Below, piece after piece: positions 63,436-64,000 of a stretch of DNA of 64,000 nt. Under the pieces are notes generated by a model. It searched no databases. It was not told the origin of the DNA and saw only the letters and a program-made list of their open reading frames with translations. Both the position numbers and the translations under genes were made by a program. Every line of letters starts with the position of its first letter. Position 1 is the stretch's first letter. The stretch comes from an uncultured Prevotellaceae bacterium (lineage in GTDB: Bacteria > Bacteroidota > Bacteroidia > Bacteroidales > Bacteroidaceae), in assembly GCA_902790625.1 (NCBI GenBank), contig CADASP010000011.1, forward strand, positions 9,856 through 73,855, written 5' to 3'.

Positions 63436-64000
63436 ATGATAAAGAAAAAGCTTCTCATACATACCACCACCCTGTTCCGCGCAGTTCTGCTGCTCGGTGT
63501 CCTCACATTCACCAATGTGCAGCCGACCCAGGCGCAGAACGCGGAACAACTTGCAGCAATGCCCAGTGCCTTTGACTTCAAGAATCCTGGAGATGTCATA
63601 GGCGACGGGAATTACTACTATATACAGTTCCGTATCAATAATGACATCACCTATCTGTCAGACCAAGGGACAGGCAATGCCTTACGGTCAAAAGATTACA
63701 TGCCATTTGTAAAGAACCTCCAGTGGACACTGGTCAGTACAGGAACGGCTAATCAGTTCAAGCTGAAGAGCCTTATTGGCAACTGGGCATATTTAGATTT
63801 AGATGATACGTATAAGAGTTCTGACAGCGAAGCAACTGGTGCCACTTTCACGTTTTACACTCGCAACGACGGAGGCTATGAGATAGGCCCAACTACCGAT
63901 ACGGGTCACACCATGGCTGGTAATAGTAACGGTAAGATATGGGTAGATATTTGGAATAACACCAAAGGCAATGCCCGTAGCTGCCTACGTGTAGGTAAAC
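63436..64000 (+). CDS. Secreted protein, 3'-truncated by the window edge (not in the ORF track); probably a second large surface protein
   Basis: Hand translation open from ATG 63436 to the end: MIKKKLLIHTTTLFRAVLLLGVLTFTNVQPTQA|QNAEQ...YYYIQF...QWTL... Confidence 0.8.
   Translation, partial: MIKKKLLIHTTTLFRAVLLLGVLTFTNVQPTQAQNAEQLAAMPSAFDFKNPGDVIGDGNYYYIQFRINNDITYLSDQGTGNALRSKDYMPFVKNLQWTLVSTGTANQFKLKSLIGNWAYLDLDDTYKSSDSEATGATFTFYTRNDGGYEIGPTTDTGHTMAGNSNGKIWVDIWNNTKGNARSCLRVGK

Noticed and set aside
1-64000. tRNA, rRNA, tmRNA or riboswitch genes
   Set aside because: No cloverleaf or conserved rRNA/riboswitch signature was recognised by eye; an Infernal/Rfam scan of the intergenic regions would be needed to exclude them.

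Overview
Prevotellaceae-like (Bacteroidota) chromosomal window. Evidence: TAnnTTTG promoters, T9SS-type C-terminal tails, type V pilins and GC-rich codon usage. 1-33 kb is mostly core and carbohydrate genes (DUF1573, rny-zapA, GH35, GH2, DUF1846, S41 peptidase, DUF4954, hflX, lpxH, SufT-like, GH51, rsmI). It is interrupted at 10-20.5 kb by an accessory block: two repeat-rich secreted proteins and an unlisted 55-aa peptide, divergent from a membrane-spanning propeller-LytTR one-component regulator, with a 21-bp-period direct repeat between them. 33-64 kb is a large type V (Mfa/Fim-like) pilus locus: DUF3575, DUF3868, Mfa1-like shaft and Mfa2-like anchor, then two paralogous cassettes of [pilin A, pilin B, passenger gene, secreted protein]. 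The first secreted protein is 3958 aa; the second runs off the window. Three Rpn-family PD-(D/E)XK genes, a Fic gene and an internally deleted AAA/PD-(D/E)XK gene sit inside this locus. A low-GC four-helix-bundle (IVP-like) gene is enclosed by inverted GGAGTG/CACTCC arrays, and a gene-less version of the same structure lies at 3.8 kb. Long intergenic regions are built from shared dispersed repeat modules. No rRNA, tRNA, CRISPR array, integrase or IS transposase was recognised. Family assignments come from motif recognition by eye; no database search was run.
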